64,000 bases of DNA from positions 1,408,001 through 1,472,000 of the forward strand of contig OY762926.1 of assembly GCA_963666735.1 (NCBI GenBank), in the 5' to 3' direction. Positions within the stretch are counted from its first letter, which is position 1, and the number at the start of each line of letters is the position of its first letter. The notes under the pieces were generated by a model. It was given only the letters and a program-made list of their open reading frames with translations, was not told where the DNA came from and made no database searches. Origin of the DNA: Gemmatimonadota bacterium (GTDB lineage: Bacteria > Gemmatimonadota > Gemmatimonadetes > Palauibacterales > Palauibacteraceae). Shown piece by piece: positions 19,702-29,346 of the stretch. The position numbers and the translations under genes were made by a program.

Positions 19702-22341
19702 TCAACCGCACTCGCTGTAGCCGCAAGCGTAGCACTTCGCGCAGCCTTCCTCAAAGGCGAGGCTGCTGCCGCACTCCGAGCACGCTCCGAGGAAGAGCCG
19801 GGCCGCCGACTCCTGGTAACGTTCGATCACGGGGCGCTGCGCCGACCGGGCACCCCCGTTCGTGTTCTTGCTCCGAGCGGTTTCGACATCCTCGATGGGA
19901 AGCGTCTGCTGAATTCCCTCCTTCTCCTCGAGGTAGCGTTCGATGACCTGAGCGATCGCGTCGGGGCCGGACAGCACCTTGCTCGCCCCGAGTCCGACGG
20001 CCCGGTCGGAAGAAATCCCGCGCAACTGCTTGTGCACATCGCGCAGCGAGATCCCCGAGCGCAGGGCGAGCGAACACAGCCGTCCGATGGCTTCGGCATC
20101 CGCCATCGCCGCTCCCCCCGTCTTGCCGAGGGCGACGAAAACCTCGAACGGACGACCCTGATCATCCTCGTTGATCGTCACATACATCGTACCCAGCGGC
20201 GACTCGATCTGCCGGGTGTGGCCTCGCAGAACCTTGGGCCGCTGCCGCCTCTCGACGCGGCGCATTCTGGAACCTTCGAGTTCGGTGATCCGCCGCTGAT
20301 TCTTCTCGACGGCATTCTCGAGCTTCCGGTTGTGCGCACGCAGTTCGCCGTTCTGCGTCTCCGCGTCGGCGAGCCGGGTCAGCGTGTCCGCGAGATCTCC
20401 GGCAAGTTCGGGCTCCACGTCGACGGCTTCGAGCCGGACTCCGTCCGCGGCAACGGCCGAGCCGCTCTCGCTCGTCTGACGCTGGACATCCTTCGCCGTC
20501 GAGCCTGTCGACAGCACCTGCTCGTCACGCGACCCATCGCGGTAGACGGTGACCCCCTTGCACCGCAACTCGTACGCCATCTCGTAGATCTTGCGCACGT
20601 CCTCCTCCGTGGCGGTCGTCGCAAAATTGCACGTCTTCGAGATGGCGGAGTCGCAGTGCGCCTGAAACGCCGCCTGCATGCGGATGTGCTGCTCGGGCGG
20701 AACATCGTGCGCCGTGACGAAGATCCCCTGGACATCCCCCGGCACTTCATCGAAGTGGATGTGGCCCTCGTCGGCGATGCGCTGCATCAGCTCCTCGGAG
20801 TACCAACCCCCTTCCTTCGCACGGCGCACGAAGTCCGGATTCACATCCGGCATCAGCACGCCTGCCTGATTCCTCATGAATGCGACCGCGAACAACGGCT
20901 CGATCCCACTTGAACACCCCGCAATGATCGAGATGGTCCCTGTCGGAGCGACCGTCGTCAGGTTGCAGTTGCGGAGCCGGCGTTCCGGGCGGATCCGGTG
21001 GCCGTCGGCGTCCCGCGCGCACGTCTCGTCGGGACCCCAGATCGATCGCTCCCACTCGGGAAAGACGCCGCGCTCGGCGGCCAGCCGTTCGGACTCGACC
21101 TTGGACTCCTCGTCGACGAACTTCATCAACTCGCGCGCGAGTTCGACGGCGCGCTCGGAGCCGTAGGGTTCGCCGATCCTTACGAGCAGGTCGGCCCATC
21201 CCATGATTCCGAGACCGACGCGGCGGATCCGCTGCGACAGGTCTTCGATTTTCGGGAGCGGATAGCGGTTGGCATCGATGACGTTGTCGAGGAAACGAGT
21301 CGATGCGTGGACGGCCCTTCCGAGCCCGTCCCAGTCGATCCGACCCTGATCGTCGACGAAGTAGCCGACGTTGATCGAGCCGAGATTGCACACGTCGTAG
21401 GCGAGCAGCGGCTGTTCGCCGCAGGGATTCGTGGCTTCGTAGTCGCCGAGGTGCGGGACCGGGTTGTAGCGGTTCGCCTCGTCGATGAAGAAGACCCCGG
21501 GCTCGCCGTTCCGCCACGCGCTGGAGATGACGCTCGAGAACACCTCCTCGGCGTTTAGCCGATCCACGACATCGCCGGTCCGCGGGCTGATGAGATCGTA
21601 GTCCGAACCCGTCCGGACCGCCGCCATGAAGGCGTCGGTAACCCCGACCGAGATGTTGAAGTTCGTGATCCGCGTCTTGTCGGCCTTGCACCCGATGAAG
21701 TGGCGGATGTCCGGATGATCGACGCGCAGGATGCCCATGTTCGCGCCCCGTCGCGTGCCGCCCTGCTTCACGGCCTCGGTCGAGGCGTCATAGACCTCCA
21801 TGAAGCTGACCGGGCCGCTCGCCACGCCCATCGTCGACTTGACGACGTCGCCGGAAGGACGAAGGCGGCTGAAACCGAACCCGGTGCCGCCTCCGCTCTG
21901 ATGGATGAGGGCCATGTCTCGCAGCGTCTCGTAGATGCCGTCGAGACTGTCCGGAACGGGGAGCACGAAGCACGCGGAGAGTTGCCCCAGCGGACGCCCG
22001 GCGTTCATGAGCGTGGGGCTGTTCGGCTCGAAGACGCCGTCGGCCATCAGGTGATAGAAGCGTTCCGTGCATTCGCGGATCGCCTCGTCCGTCGCCCCGT
22101 AGCGGCCGTCCTGCGACGCGACGACGTCGGCCACGCGCCAGAAGAGGTCGCGCGGCCCCTCGATGGGTTCGCCACGGTCGTTCTTCTTCAGATACCGGCG
22201 CGCCAGCACCGTCCGCGCGTTCTCGGCAAGTCCGGGCTCGGCGAGGCCGGCCGGCCTGGCATTGGATCCCATCCGCATTTCACCCCGCACCGGAGCGCTC
22301 GTCGACGCGCCCTCCCGCACCGCCACATCCGGTGGATTCAT
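19702..22341 (-). CDS. nrdJ: Vitamin B12-dependent (class II) ribonucleotide reductase with C-terminal TSCPD-like/Zn-ribbon region
   Basis: PNSPTLMNAG, LSACFV, ATNPCGEQ, CNLGSIN, APTGT, C-terminal CSECG…CAKCYACGYSEC. Start could be 22377, 22341 or 22278. Confidence 0.95.
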   Translation of the reverse strand: MNPPDVAVREGASTSAPVRGEMRMGSNARPAGLAEPGLAENARTVLARRYLKKNDRGEPIEGPRDLFWRVADVVASQDGRYGATDEAIRECTERFYHLMADGVFEPNSPTLMNAGRPLGQLSACFVLPVPDSLDGIYETLRDMALIHQSGGGTGFGFSRLRPSGDVVKSTMGVASGPVSFMEVYDASTEAVKQGGTRRGANMGILRVDHPDIRHFIGCKADKTRITNFNISVGVTDAFMAAVRTGSDYDLISPRTGDVVDRLNAEEVFSSVISSAWRNGEPGVFFIDEANRYNPVPHLGDYEATNPCGEQPLLAYDVCNLGSINVGYFVDDQGRIDWDGLGRAVHASTRFLDNVIDANRYPLPKIEDLSQRIRRVGLGIMGWADLLVRIGEPYGSERAVELARELMKFVDEESKVESERLAAERGVFPEWERSIWGPDETCARDADGHRIRPERRLRNCNLTTVAPTGTISIIAGCSSGIEPLFAVAFMRNQAGVLMPDVNPDFVRRAKEGGWYSEELMQRIADEGHIHFDEVPGDVQGIFVTAHDVPPEQHIRMQAAFQAHCDSAISKTCNFATTATEEDVRKIYEMAYELRCKGVTVYRDGSRDEQVLSTGSTAKDVQRQTSESGSAVAADGVRLEAVDVEPELAGDLADTLTRLADAETQNGELRAHNRKLENAVEKNQRRITELEGSRMRRVERRQRPKVLRGHTRQIESPLGTMYVTINEDDQGRPFEVFVALGKTGGAAMADAEAIGRLCSLALRSGISLRDVHKQLRGISSDRAVGLGASKVLSGPDAIAQVIERYLEEKEGIQQTLPIEDVETARSKNTNGGARSAQRPVIERYQESAARLFLGACSECGSSLAFEEGCAKCYACGYSECG

Positions 22342-22592
22342 TGCCGCCCCCGCCTTCCTGTTCACGACCGTCCACAACTCAGGTCAATCCGCAGAAAAAA
22401 CCGGCTTCGGCCGGGACCCGACGACCGCGCGAGTCGAATGCCGGCCTAGGCCGGGAAGCCTGACGGACGCGGAGATCGACTTACCCCGCGCCCACCGTTC
22501 TGGTTCTTCTTGGAAGACCGCTGTGGGCCATCGTGCGGTTTTCCACGACTCCACAGCTTTTCCACACAAAACCCGTGTTTTTTCCACGCGCA

Positions 22593-22640
22593 CCGCTATA
22601 TGTGGTGGCTTCCAGATGATAACTACACCATATGTTGTGG
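22593..22640. promoter_or_regulatory. Tandem NrdR boxes upstream of nrdJ
   Basis: CCGCTATATGTGGTGG (22593-608) and ACACCATATGTTGTGG (22625-640), 32 bp apart, match acaCwAtATaTwGtgt. Confidence 0.85.
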
Positions 22641-22644
22641 TCAA
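22616..22644 (-). promoter_or_regulatory. sigma70 promoter of nrdJ
   Basis: Minus strand TTGACC-N17-TATCAT; the upstream NrdR box lies in the spacer. Confidence 0.75.
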
Positions 22645-22675
22645 GCCGGCGAACCGCGCCTCCCGGGCCTGCCGG

Positions 22676-24403
22676 CTAGACCGCCCGCCGGGTGCGCAGG
22701 ATCCAGAGTCCGGCCCCGCCCAGAGCGGCCACGCCGGCGGAGAGCGCGCCGGTCCGCGGCTCGAGCAGGAGGAAGGCGCCGAGGGCGAACATCGCCCCGA
22801 ACAGAAGCAGCGTGGCCCCGGCCGTCCGGAGCAGCGCCTCGCCGAGGGGAAGGTCGGGAGAAACGCCCGCGCGTTCGCGGATCGCACCCCAGCCCGGTCC
22901 GGCGGGCCGCACCCGTCGACAGAACTCCACCAGGGTCGCCTCGTCCTCGGCGCGCGTGAGCCACATCACGGGAAGCCAGACCGCGGCCGACCCGAAGGCG
23001 GTCAGCGCGAGCCGCGTCCCGAATTCCATCGCGCCGAACGCCGGCAGGTAGGAACAGAGCGCGATGGCGAAACCGGCGAGCATGGAGGCGAGTTCGGCCC
23101 AGGCGTTCACCCGCCACCAGAACCAGCGCAGGATGAGCACCGCCCCGGGCCCCGTGCCGATGGCGATCATGAACCGAAAGAGGGCCCCGATGTCGTTGGC
23201 GAAGAACGCTGCCGCCGTCGCGGCCGCCACGATGCCGACCGAGGCGAGCCGACCCAGCAACACGAGTCTCGCGGCCGGGGCGTCCGGGTCGACGAAGCGG
23301 GCGTAGAGGTCGTTCACGAGATAGCTCGCGCCCCAGTTGATCTGTGTCGAGACGGTCGACATGAAGGCGGCGAAGAACGACGCGACGACGAGGCCCAGGA
23401 GGCCGGCGGGCAGGTAGCGCAGCATGAGCATCGGGTATCCCAGATCGGGATCGGCCAGATCCGGAAAGACGACGACGGCCACGAGTCCGACGAGCACCCA
23501 GGGCCACGCGCGGACCACGTAGTGAAGCCACACGAACCACCATGCGGCGCGCTCGGCGTCCGCTTCGGAGCGGCAGGCGAGAAGGCGCTGCACGAACTCG
23601 CCCCCGCCATCGGAACGGCGGAACGCCCACCACTGTATGCCGAGGTAGGCGAGGAAGGTCCCGAACGGGAGGGCTTCGGACCCCGGCCGGGGCACCATCT
23701 CCAGCACATCGCTCCGCCCCGCCGCCGCGAGTTGGGCCTTGAGTTCCGCGATCCCCCCGATTTCCGCCAGCGCGAAGGCGGCCACGAGAATGGCCCCGAA
23801 GAGCGCGAGAAAGAACTGGAAGAAGTCCGTCGCGACGACACCCCACAGCCCGGCGATGCTCGCGTAGGCGAGCACGAAAATGGAGAGGGCCACGACGGCC
23901 CACAGGCGCTCGTCTCCCGGCATCCAGCCGGACAGGTCGGGAAGGAGCCCGAGAGCCTCGACGACCTTGCGCATGGCCAGCATCACGAAGCCGATCGAGA
24001 TGCAGTTGATCGGTACCGCGAACAGGAAGGCGCGCGTGGCCCGCAGGACGGCGGCGGGGCGGCCGCCGTAGCGAAGTTCCGTCAGTTCCACGTCCGTGAC
24101 GATCCCGGCGCGGCGCCACAGGCGCGCGAAGAGGTAGATGAGGAGAAGATGGGAGAGGCCGAAGGACCACCATTCCCAGTTGCCGGCGATGCCCCGGCGC
24201 GCGATGAGGGCCGAGACATAGAGCGGAGTGTCCACCGAGAAGGTGGTCGCGGCCATCGACGTGCCCGCAAGCCACCATGGCAGCGCGCGGCCCCCGACGA
24301 AGAAATCGACGATGCTCCCGCGCGCCCGGCGCGAGAGCCACAGTCCGACGCCGAACGTGAGCGCGAGGTAGATCGCGACGATCCACCAATCGGCGGGGCT
24401 CAA
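22676..24403 (-). CDS. Sodium:solute symporter family transporter
   Basis: DFFVGGRALPWWLAGTSMAATTFS, AAFMSTVSTQINWGASY, many TM helices; TTGA overlap with nagZ. Confidence 0.9.
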   Translation of the reverse strand: MSPADWWIVAIYLALTFGVGLWLSRRARGSIVDFFVGGRALPWWLAGTSMAATTFSVDTPLYVSALIARRGIAGNWEWWSFGLSHLLLIYLFARLWRRAGIVTDVELTELRYGGRPAAVLRATRAFLFAVPINCISIGFVMLAMRKVVEALGLLPDLSGWMPGDERLWAVVALSIFVLAYASIAGLWGVVATDFFQFFLALFGAILVAAFALAEIGGIAELKAQLAAAGRSDVLEMVPRPGSEALPFGTFLAYLGIQWWAFRRSDGGGEFVQRLLACRSEADAERAAWWFVWLHYVVRAWPWVLVGLVAVVVFPDLADPDLGYPMLMLRYLPAGLLGLVVASFFAAFMSTVSTQINWGASYLVNDLYARFVDPDAPAARLVLLGRLASVGIVAAATAAAFFANDIGALFRFMIAIGTGPGAVLILRWFWWRVNAWAELASMLAGFAIALCSYLPAFGAMEFGTRLALTAFGSAAVWLPVMWLTRAEDEATLVEFCRRVRPAGPGWGAIRERAGVSPDLPLGEALLRTAGATLLLFGAMFALGAFLLLEPRTGALSAGVAALGGAGLWILRTRRAV

Positions 24404-25860
24404 CCGCCTGTCCCGCCGGGCCGCGTCCCCGCCGCCGCGCCGACCGCGGAGCGCAGCCAGTCCGCGGCGGCTCGCTCCATCACCGTCTCGGTGGACCACG
24501 CGCAGATGCCGGGGACGCCGAGCGCATCGAGCCAGCGGCGGTGACCGAGCAGGACGACGAGGCCGCGGCGCGCCGAGCGGATGAGGGCGCGCGTCTGCTC
24601 GACGACTTCGGCGGCGGGCGCGCCGCGGCCCTTCCAGCCGCGAGGCGTCGCGGCGAGCACCACGATGCACTGCCCGGAGTCCGCGTCGTCGGTGATCCGC
24701 CAGCCGGCCGCGCGCAGCTCGCCGGCGACGATCGTGCCCAACGCTCCCGCCCGGCCGGCCGGCGGCCCGACATCCGGATCGTCGGACACTCCGACGACCC
24801 GCGTTGGCGTCCGCGGCGTCCAGCCGCGCAGGACCTTCACGTCTCCCACGATGGTATCCCGGGCGAACGCGACCGGCTCGAACTCCGGCCGCGACGTTCG
24901 CGCGGAAAGCGGGCAGCCGCGGGCCGAGCGGGTCAGGGCCTCCTCGAGCCTGGCGGCAAGGAGCGCGTCGTCGGCGGCCCGCGCCAGCGCAGCGACCGTC
25001 GCACCGGCATCCACCGGGTAGCAGATGAGGTCGCACCCGGCGGCGACCGCCTCGACCGCGGCGCTCGCATCGTCGGGGCCGGCGCCGCCCATGATCATGG
25101 CATCCGTCGTCACGACGCCCTCGAAGCCCAGCCGTCCGCGAAGGAGCCCCGAGACGATGTTCGGCTCCACCGTCGCCGCCCGCTCGCCGCCGAGCGCCGG
25201 GTAGGCGACGTGCGCCACCATCACGCTGGCGACCCGGTCCGCCGCGGCCGCGAAAGGCGCGAGATCTTCCTCGAGCAGTTCGGCGGGGGCATCGATGGAG
25301 GGAAGTCCGATATGCGAGTCCTCGGTCGTCCGGCCGTGGCCCGGAAAGTGCTTCGCGCACGCCGCGGCTCCGGCGGATTGGCAGGCGTCGACCCAACGAA
25401 CACCCATCTCTCCGACGCGCCGCGGATCCGGGCCGAAACTGCGCGTGGCGATGATCGGGTTGTCGGGTTCCGCATCCAGATCGAGTACCGGTGCGATCAC
25501 CCAGTTGATCCCGACGGACAGCGCTTCCCGAGCCGTGACGCGACCCGCCGCGGCGGCTGCGTCGCCGGGATCCGGATGCGCCGCGAGAGCCGCGGGTGGC
25601 GGCAATTCGATCAGACCCCGGATTTGCTGACCCGCTCCCCGCTCGAGGTCCGCCCCGATCCAGAGCGGCCGCGCCGCGTCGTCGCGGATCCGTTCGACCA
25701 GACGCCCCACTCGTTCCGCGTCGCCGCCGAACAGAATGAATCCACCCACCCCGAGGGCGAGCGCCCGGTCCGCACGCCTCTCCACGTCATCGGGGGACCA
25801 GCGATCGAGCCGGAGCGCCTCGATGACGACCCCGGCCGGGCCTACGTCGGATCCGGTCAC
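24400..25860 (-). CDS. nagZ: GH3 beta-N-acetylhexosaminidase
   Basis: ADLERG, KHFPGHGRTTEDSH (NagZ Asp-His dyad), TTDAM; GTGA overlap with anmK. Confidence 0.85.
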   Translation of the reverse strand: MTGSDVGPAGVVIEALRLDRWSPDDVERRADRALALGVGGFILFGGDAERVGRLVERIRDDAARPLWIGADLERGAGQQIRGLIELPPPAALAAHPDPGDAAAAAGRVTAREALSVGINWVIAPVLDLDAEPDNPIIATRSFGPDPRRVGEMGVRWVDACQSAGAAACAKHFPGHGRTTEDSHIGLPSIDAPAELLEEDLAPFAAAADRVASVMVAHVAYPALGGERAATVEPNIVSGLLRGRLGFEGVVTTDAMIMGGAGPDDASAAVEAVAAGCDLICYPVDAGATVAALARAADDALLAARLEEALTRSARGCPLSARTSRPEFEPVAFARDTIVGDVKVLRGWTPRTPTRVVGVSDDPDVGPPAGRAGALGTIVAGELRAAGWRITDDADSGQCIVVLAATPRGWKGRGAPAAEVVEQTRALIRSARRGLVVLLGHRRWLDALGVPGICAWSTETVMERAAADWLRSAVGAAAGTRPGGTGG

Positions 25861-26984
25861 GCGGCGGTCCGTACGCCGAGCAGGCGGGGACCGCGCGCAC
25901 CCGTGGCCCATGGAGCGTTGGCCGGATAGCCGAGCACATGCTGTCTCGCCAGGAGTGCGAAGGCCACGGCCTCGCGGGCGTCCGCGTCGAGGCCGAGGAC
26001 GGACAAGTCGCGGACGGGCACGGGATCCAGCAACTGCTCCAGTCGCGATGCGAGAACCGGGTTCCGGGCTCCGCCGCCGCAGAGGTAGCACGCCATCGGA
26101 GCCTCCTCGATCCACCGGTAGGCGTCCGCGATGGTGCGCGCCGTGAGTTCCGCCAGGGTCGCGACCGCGTCTTCGGGTGACAGCGCGGAGTGCCGCCGCA
26201 GCCAATCCAGCAGCCGATCCCGCGAGAAGCGCTCGCGTCCCGTCGACCGGGGCGGTGGCTGGCTGAAGAAGGGATCGCTCAGCCAATCCGAGAGAGCGTC
26301 TTCGCTCGCGACGCCGCGCCGAGCCATCTTCCCGTCGAGATCGAAGCGGGATCGCCCGTCCGTAAGGAACTCGACCGCGCCATCGATGAGCACGACCCCC
26401 GGGCCGGTGTCGTAGGCCTGCGGCGTCGCCCCGCCGGCTGCGGCGGGGAGCGCCGTCACGTTGCCTATTCCACCGATGTTCTGAATCGCGCGTGATTCCC
26501 GGGCGCGAAAGAGGAGCCAGTCGGTGTAGGCCGTGAGGGGCGCGCCTTCCCCGCCCGCCGCCACATCCCGCACGCGGAAGTCCGACACCACCGCGCACGA
26601 CGTGCGTTCGGCGATGACCGCCGCCTGGCCGAGTTGCAGCGTCGCTCCTCCCCGGGCGTCCGCCGGAGGCTCGTGCCACACGGTCTGGCCGTGGCTGCCG
26701 ATCGCTTTGATGTCGACCGGCTGGAGCGAGGCGGAAGCCAGCGTCCGGTTCACCGCCGCGCCGATCCTCTCACCCAGCTCGAAGTCGAGCGCGCAGATCG
26801 CCGCGGCGCTCCCCGAAGTGATGGCCTTCGCGATCCTTCCGCGCGCCGCGCTGTCGTAGCTCTCCGTCTCGAAGGCGACGACGCGCCATTCCGCCGGGCG
26901 CTCGCCGTCGCCCGCCGTCTCGACGATGGCCACGTCGATGCCGTCCAGCGAAGTCCCCGACATCACGCCGATCCACAGAGTCAC
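25857..26984 (-). CDS. anmK: Anhydro-N-acetylmuramic acid kinase
   Basis: GVMSGTSLDGID, GSHGQT, GGEGAPL, NIGGIGN, CGGG, EAVAFA. Confidence 0.95.
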   Translation of the reverse strand: MTLWIGVMSGTSLDGIDVAIVETAGDGERPAEWRVVAFETESYDSAARGRIAKAITSGSAAAICALDFELGERIGAAVNRTLASASLQPVDIKAIGSHGQTVWHEPPADARGGATLQLGQAAVIAERTSCAVVSDFRVRDVAAGGEGAPLTAYTDWLLFRARESRAIQNIGGIGNVTALPAAAGGATPQAYDTGPGVVLIDGAVEFLTDGRSRFDLDGKMARRGVASEDALSDWLSDPFFSQPPPRSTGRERFSRDRLLDWLRRHSALSPEDAVATLAELTARTIADAYRWIEEAPMACYLCGGGARNPVLASRLEQLLDPVPVRDLSVLGLDADAREAVAFALLARQHVLGYPANAPWATGARGPRLLGVRTAA

Positions 26985-28423
26985 GCGTCCGCCTCGGTCA
27001 GCAATGCCGGGTGCACGCGCTCGCGCAGCCTCGTTTCGTGCGCGGCATCGTGCTGCGCGACGCCTCGCAGAAACTGATACAGCGTCAGTGTCTCGGAGCC
27101 GACGCGGGCGCGACGAGAGAGGGACTCCGCGACCCGCACCGGACCGTCGGCCACGGCGGCCACGGTGAGGGCCCTCTCCGCGGAGAACCCCGCCGTCTCG
27201 ATCTCGAAGCCGCGTTCGGGCGGAGAGGCGTTCGCCGTCCAGTCCTCGAAAGTCGGGAGCGACCCCGTCGAGTCGGCGGCCGCGAGCCATCGCTCGACTC
27301 GCGGCCGCACGGCGCTCCGCTCGAAATCCGCCAGGTGCGCGGCGTGCTGGCCCGGCGTCCACGCGGTTCGGCGGGCGGCGATGCGCTGCCCCTTCGCTTC
27401 GGCTGCGGCGCCGGCCGCGCGCGCGGCGGCGAGACGGGCCGGCGTGGCGCTCAGTCGCGCGAGCAACGCCGCGCCGTCGGGCCAGCCCGGCGCCGCCGGG
27501 TAGCCGCCGTAACGGGGACGCTCCGGGCCGCCGAAGCGCTCGACCGCAAGGCCCAGGAAGCCGTCCGCGCAGTCGAGGTATCGCTCGGCCAGGGCGCGGT
27601 CGACCCGCAGGGCGTGCATGGCCAGCGCCGTCTTCACCGCGCCGCCCGTGCGGATCAGAGCGCGGCGCGCTTCCTCGCGCGATGCGCCGGTGAGCGTGGC
27701 GAAAATGCGGAGCCCGCGGTCGACCAGCTTGGCGGATCGCGCCCGCAGGTCGACCATGAGATTCTCGAACACGCGGCCGCTGCGGATCATCGCCCCCGTG
27801 GTGATCGTATTGAGCACGAGCTTCGTGGCCGTCCCCGCCTTCATGCGGGTCGAACCCGCGATGATTTCGGGCCCGACGAGCGGCAGGATGAGGTGGTCCG
27901 CCAGCTTCGCGACCTCCGCGGGCGGCGACGTGCAGCCGAGAAACGCGGTCCCCGCCCCGCGCGACGCCGCCTCCGCCAGCGCCCCGAGGACGTACGGCGT
28001 GGTGCCCGATGTCGCGATCCCGAGCACGAGATCCGCGGGCGAGATGCCGAACGCCCGTACCGCCTCGGCCCCTCCCTCCCGGGAATCCTCCGCCCCCTCG
28101 GCGCTTCGCACGAGCGCGCCGGCTCCCCCCGCGATGATCGCCTCCACGAGGCCCGGGTCGACGCCGAACGTGGGCGGACACTCCGCCGCGTCGAGCACGC
28201 CGAGGCGGCCACTCGTTCCCGCGCCGACGTAGACGAGACGCCCGCCGCGGCGGAAGCGCTCCACGACCTCATCGATGACGCGTGCGAGCGCGTCCGCCTG
28301 CGAGGCGACGGCCTCCGGCACGGCGCGATCTTCCGCCTGTATCATATGGACGATCGTCGCGCTGTCCGCACGATCGATGGCGCGGGTCCGCGGGTTGCGC
28401 CCCTCGGTTAGACGGGGATCCAA
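26981..28423 (-). CDS. murQ: N-acetylmuramic acid 6-phosphate etherase with C-terminal DinB-like extension
   Basis: TEGRNP, GAGTSGRLGVLDAAECPPTF, GSTRMKAGTATKLVLN; about 180 extra C-terminal residues. Confidence 0.93.
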   Translation of the reverse strand: MDPRLTEGRNPRTRAIDRADSATIVHMIQAEDRAVPEAVASQADALARVIDEVVERFRRGGRLVYVGAGTSGRLGVLDAAECPPTFGVDPGLVEAIIAGGAGALVRSAEGAEDSREGGAEAVRAFGISPADLVLGIATSGTTPYVLGALAEAASRGAGTAFLGCTSPPAEVAKLADHLILPLVGPEIIAGSTRMKAGTATKLVLNTITTGAMIRSGRVFENLMVDLRARSAKLVDRGLRIFATLTGASREEARRALIRTGGAVKTALAMHALRVDRALAERYLDCADGFLGLAVERFGGPERPRYGGYPAAPGWPDGAALLARLSATPARLAAARAAGAAAEAKGQRIAARRTAWTPGQHAAHLADFERSAVRPRVERWLAAADSTGSLPTFEDWTANASPPERGFEIETAGFSAERALTVAAVADGPVRVAESLSRRARVGSETLTLYQFLRGVAQHDAAHETRLRERVHPALLTEADA

Positions 28424-28566
28424 GCGTCAGGTCCTCGGGAGCCCTGCGGCTCGTTGGTGGAGTTCGCGGCATCCGGGTACACTTAGCCGTTAGCGGCAAG
28501 CGCAAACGTAGGAGGTTCGCCCCGGGGGCGGGAGTCGCGCCGGTTCGAAGAGGAGAGACGCGCCAC

Positions 28567-29322
28567 GTGAGTGCCGGCCCTCAGAGGACGCAGAATCCAA
28601 CGCGGAATCCGACGCAGAGTCCGGGGACCGACCTCGTCCTCAGGCGCCTTTCCGAGCGCTTCGCCATCCCCGACAAGCCTCGACTCGCCCCGCTGGACGA
28701 ACTCGTGCTCACGATCCTCAGCCAGTCGACGACCGACGAGAACCGGGATCGTGCCTGGCGCACTCTCGCGGCGCGGTATCCGGCCGAGGAAGGCGGGGAG
28801 GCGGCGGGCGGAGCGTCGCCCTCGGCGTCGGCCGGGCCGGTCTCCTGGGAATCCGTGCTTCGAGCGACGCCGGCCGAACTGCAGGACGCCGTCCGTGTCG
28901 CGGGCCTCGCCAACCAGAAGGCTCCGGCCATCCACGCCGCTCTCGCGCGACTCCGGGCCGAGGTGGGTCGGATCACGCTCGACCACCTCGAGGAGATGGC
29001 CGATGAGGAGGCGATCGCCTATCTCACGACCTTCCGGGGAGTCGGGGTGAAGACCGCCGCGTGCGTGCTCTGCTTCTCGCTCCGCCGGCCCGTGCTCCCG
29101 GTCGATACGCATGTCCTTCGCATCGCACGGCGCCTCGCATGGGTTCCGCCGCGAGCTTCGGCCGACCTGACCCACACCGCCCTCTCGCGGACCGTCGCTC
29201 CCTCCGAGCGGTTCCGCATGCACATGCTGCTCATCACGTTCGGTCGTTCGCTCTGCCGCGCCAGGGCTCCGCGCTGCGGGGAATGCCCTCTCGAACCCGA
29301 GTGTCCGAGAATCGGCGTTTGA
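28567..29322 (+). CDS. Endonuclease III-like HhH-GPD glycosylase with 4Fe-4S motif
   Basis: LTILSQST, GVGVKTAACVL, PVDTHV, CRARAPRCGECPLEPEC; GTG after AGGAG. Confidence 0.9.
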   Translation: MSAGPQRTQNPTRNPTQSPGTDLVLRRLSERFAIPDKPRLAPLDELVLTILSQSTTDENRDRAWRTLAARYPAEEGGEAAGGASPSASAGPVSWESVLRATPAELQDAVRVAGLANQKAPAIHAALARLRAEVGRITLDHLEEMADEEAIAYLTTFRGVGVKTAACVLCFSLRRPVLPVDTHVLRIARRLAWVPPRASADLTHTALSRTVAPSERFRMHMLLITFGRSLCRARAPRCGECPLEPECPRIGV

Positions 29323-29346
29323 CGGGCGCGCAAGCCGGGGTCGACG

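Noticed and set aside
22380..22540. Cobalamin riboswitch in the long nrdJ leader
   Set aside because: No B12-box or conserved core could be recognised by eye; an Rfam cmscan would settle it.
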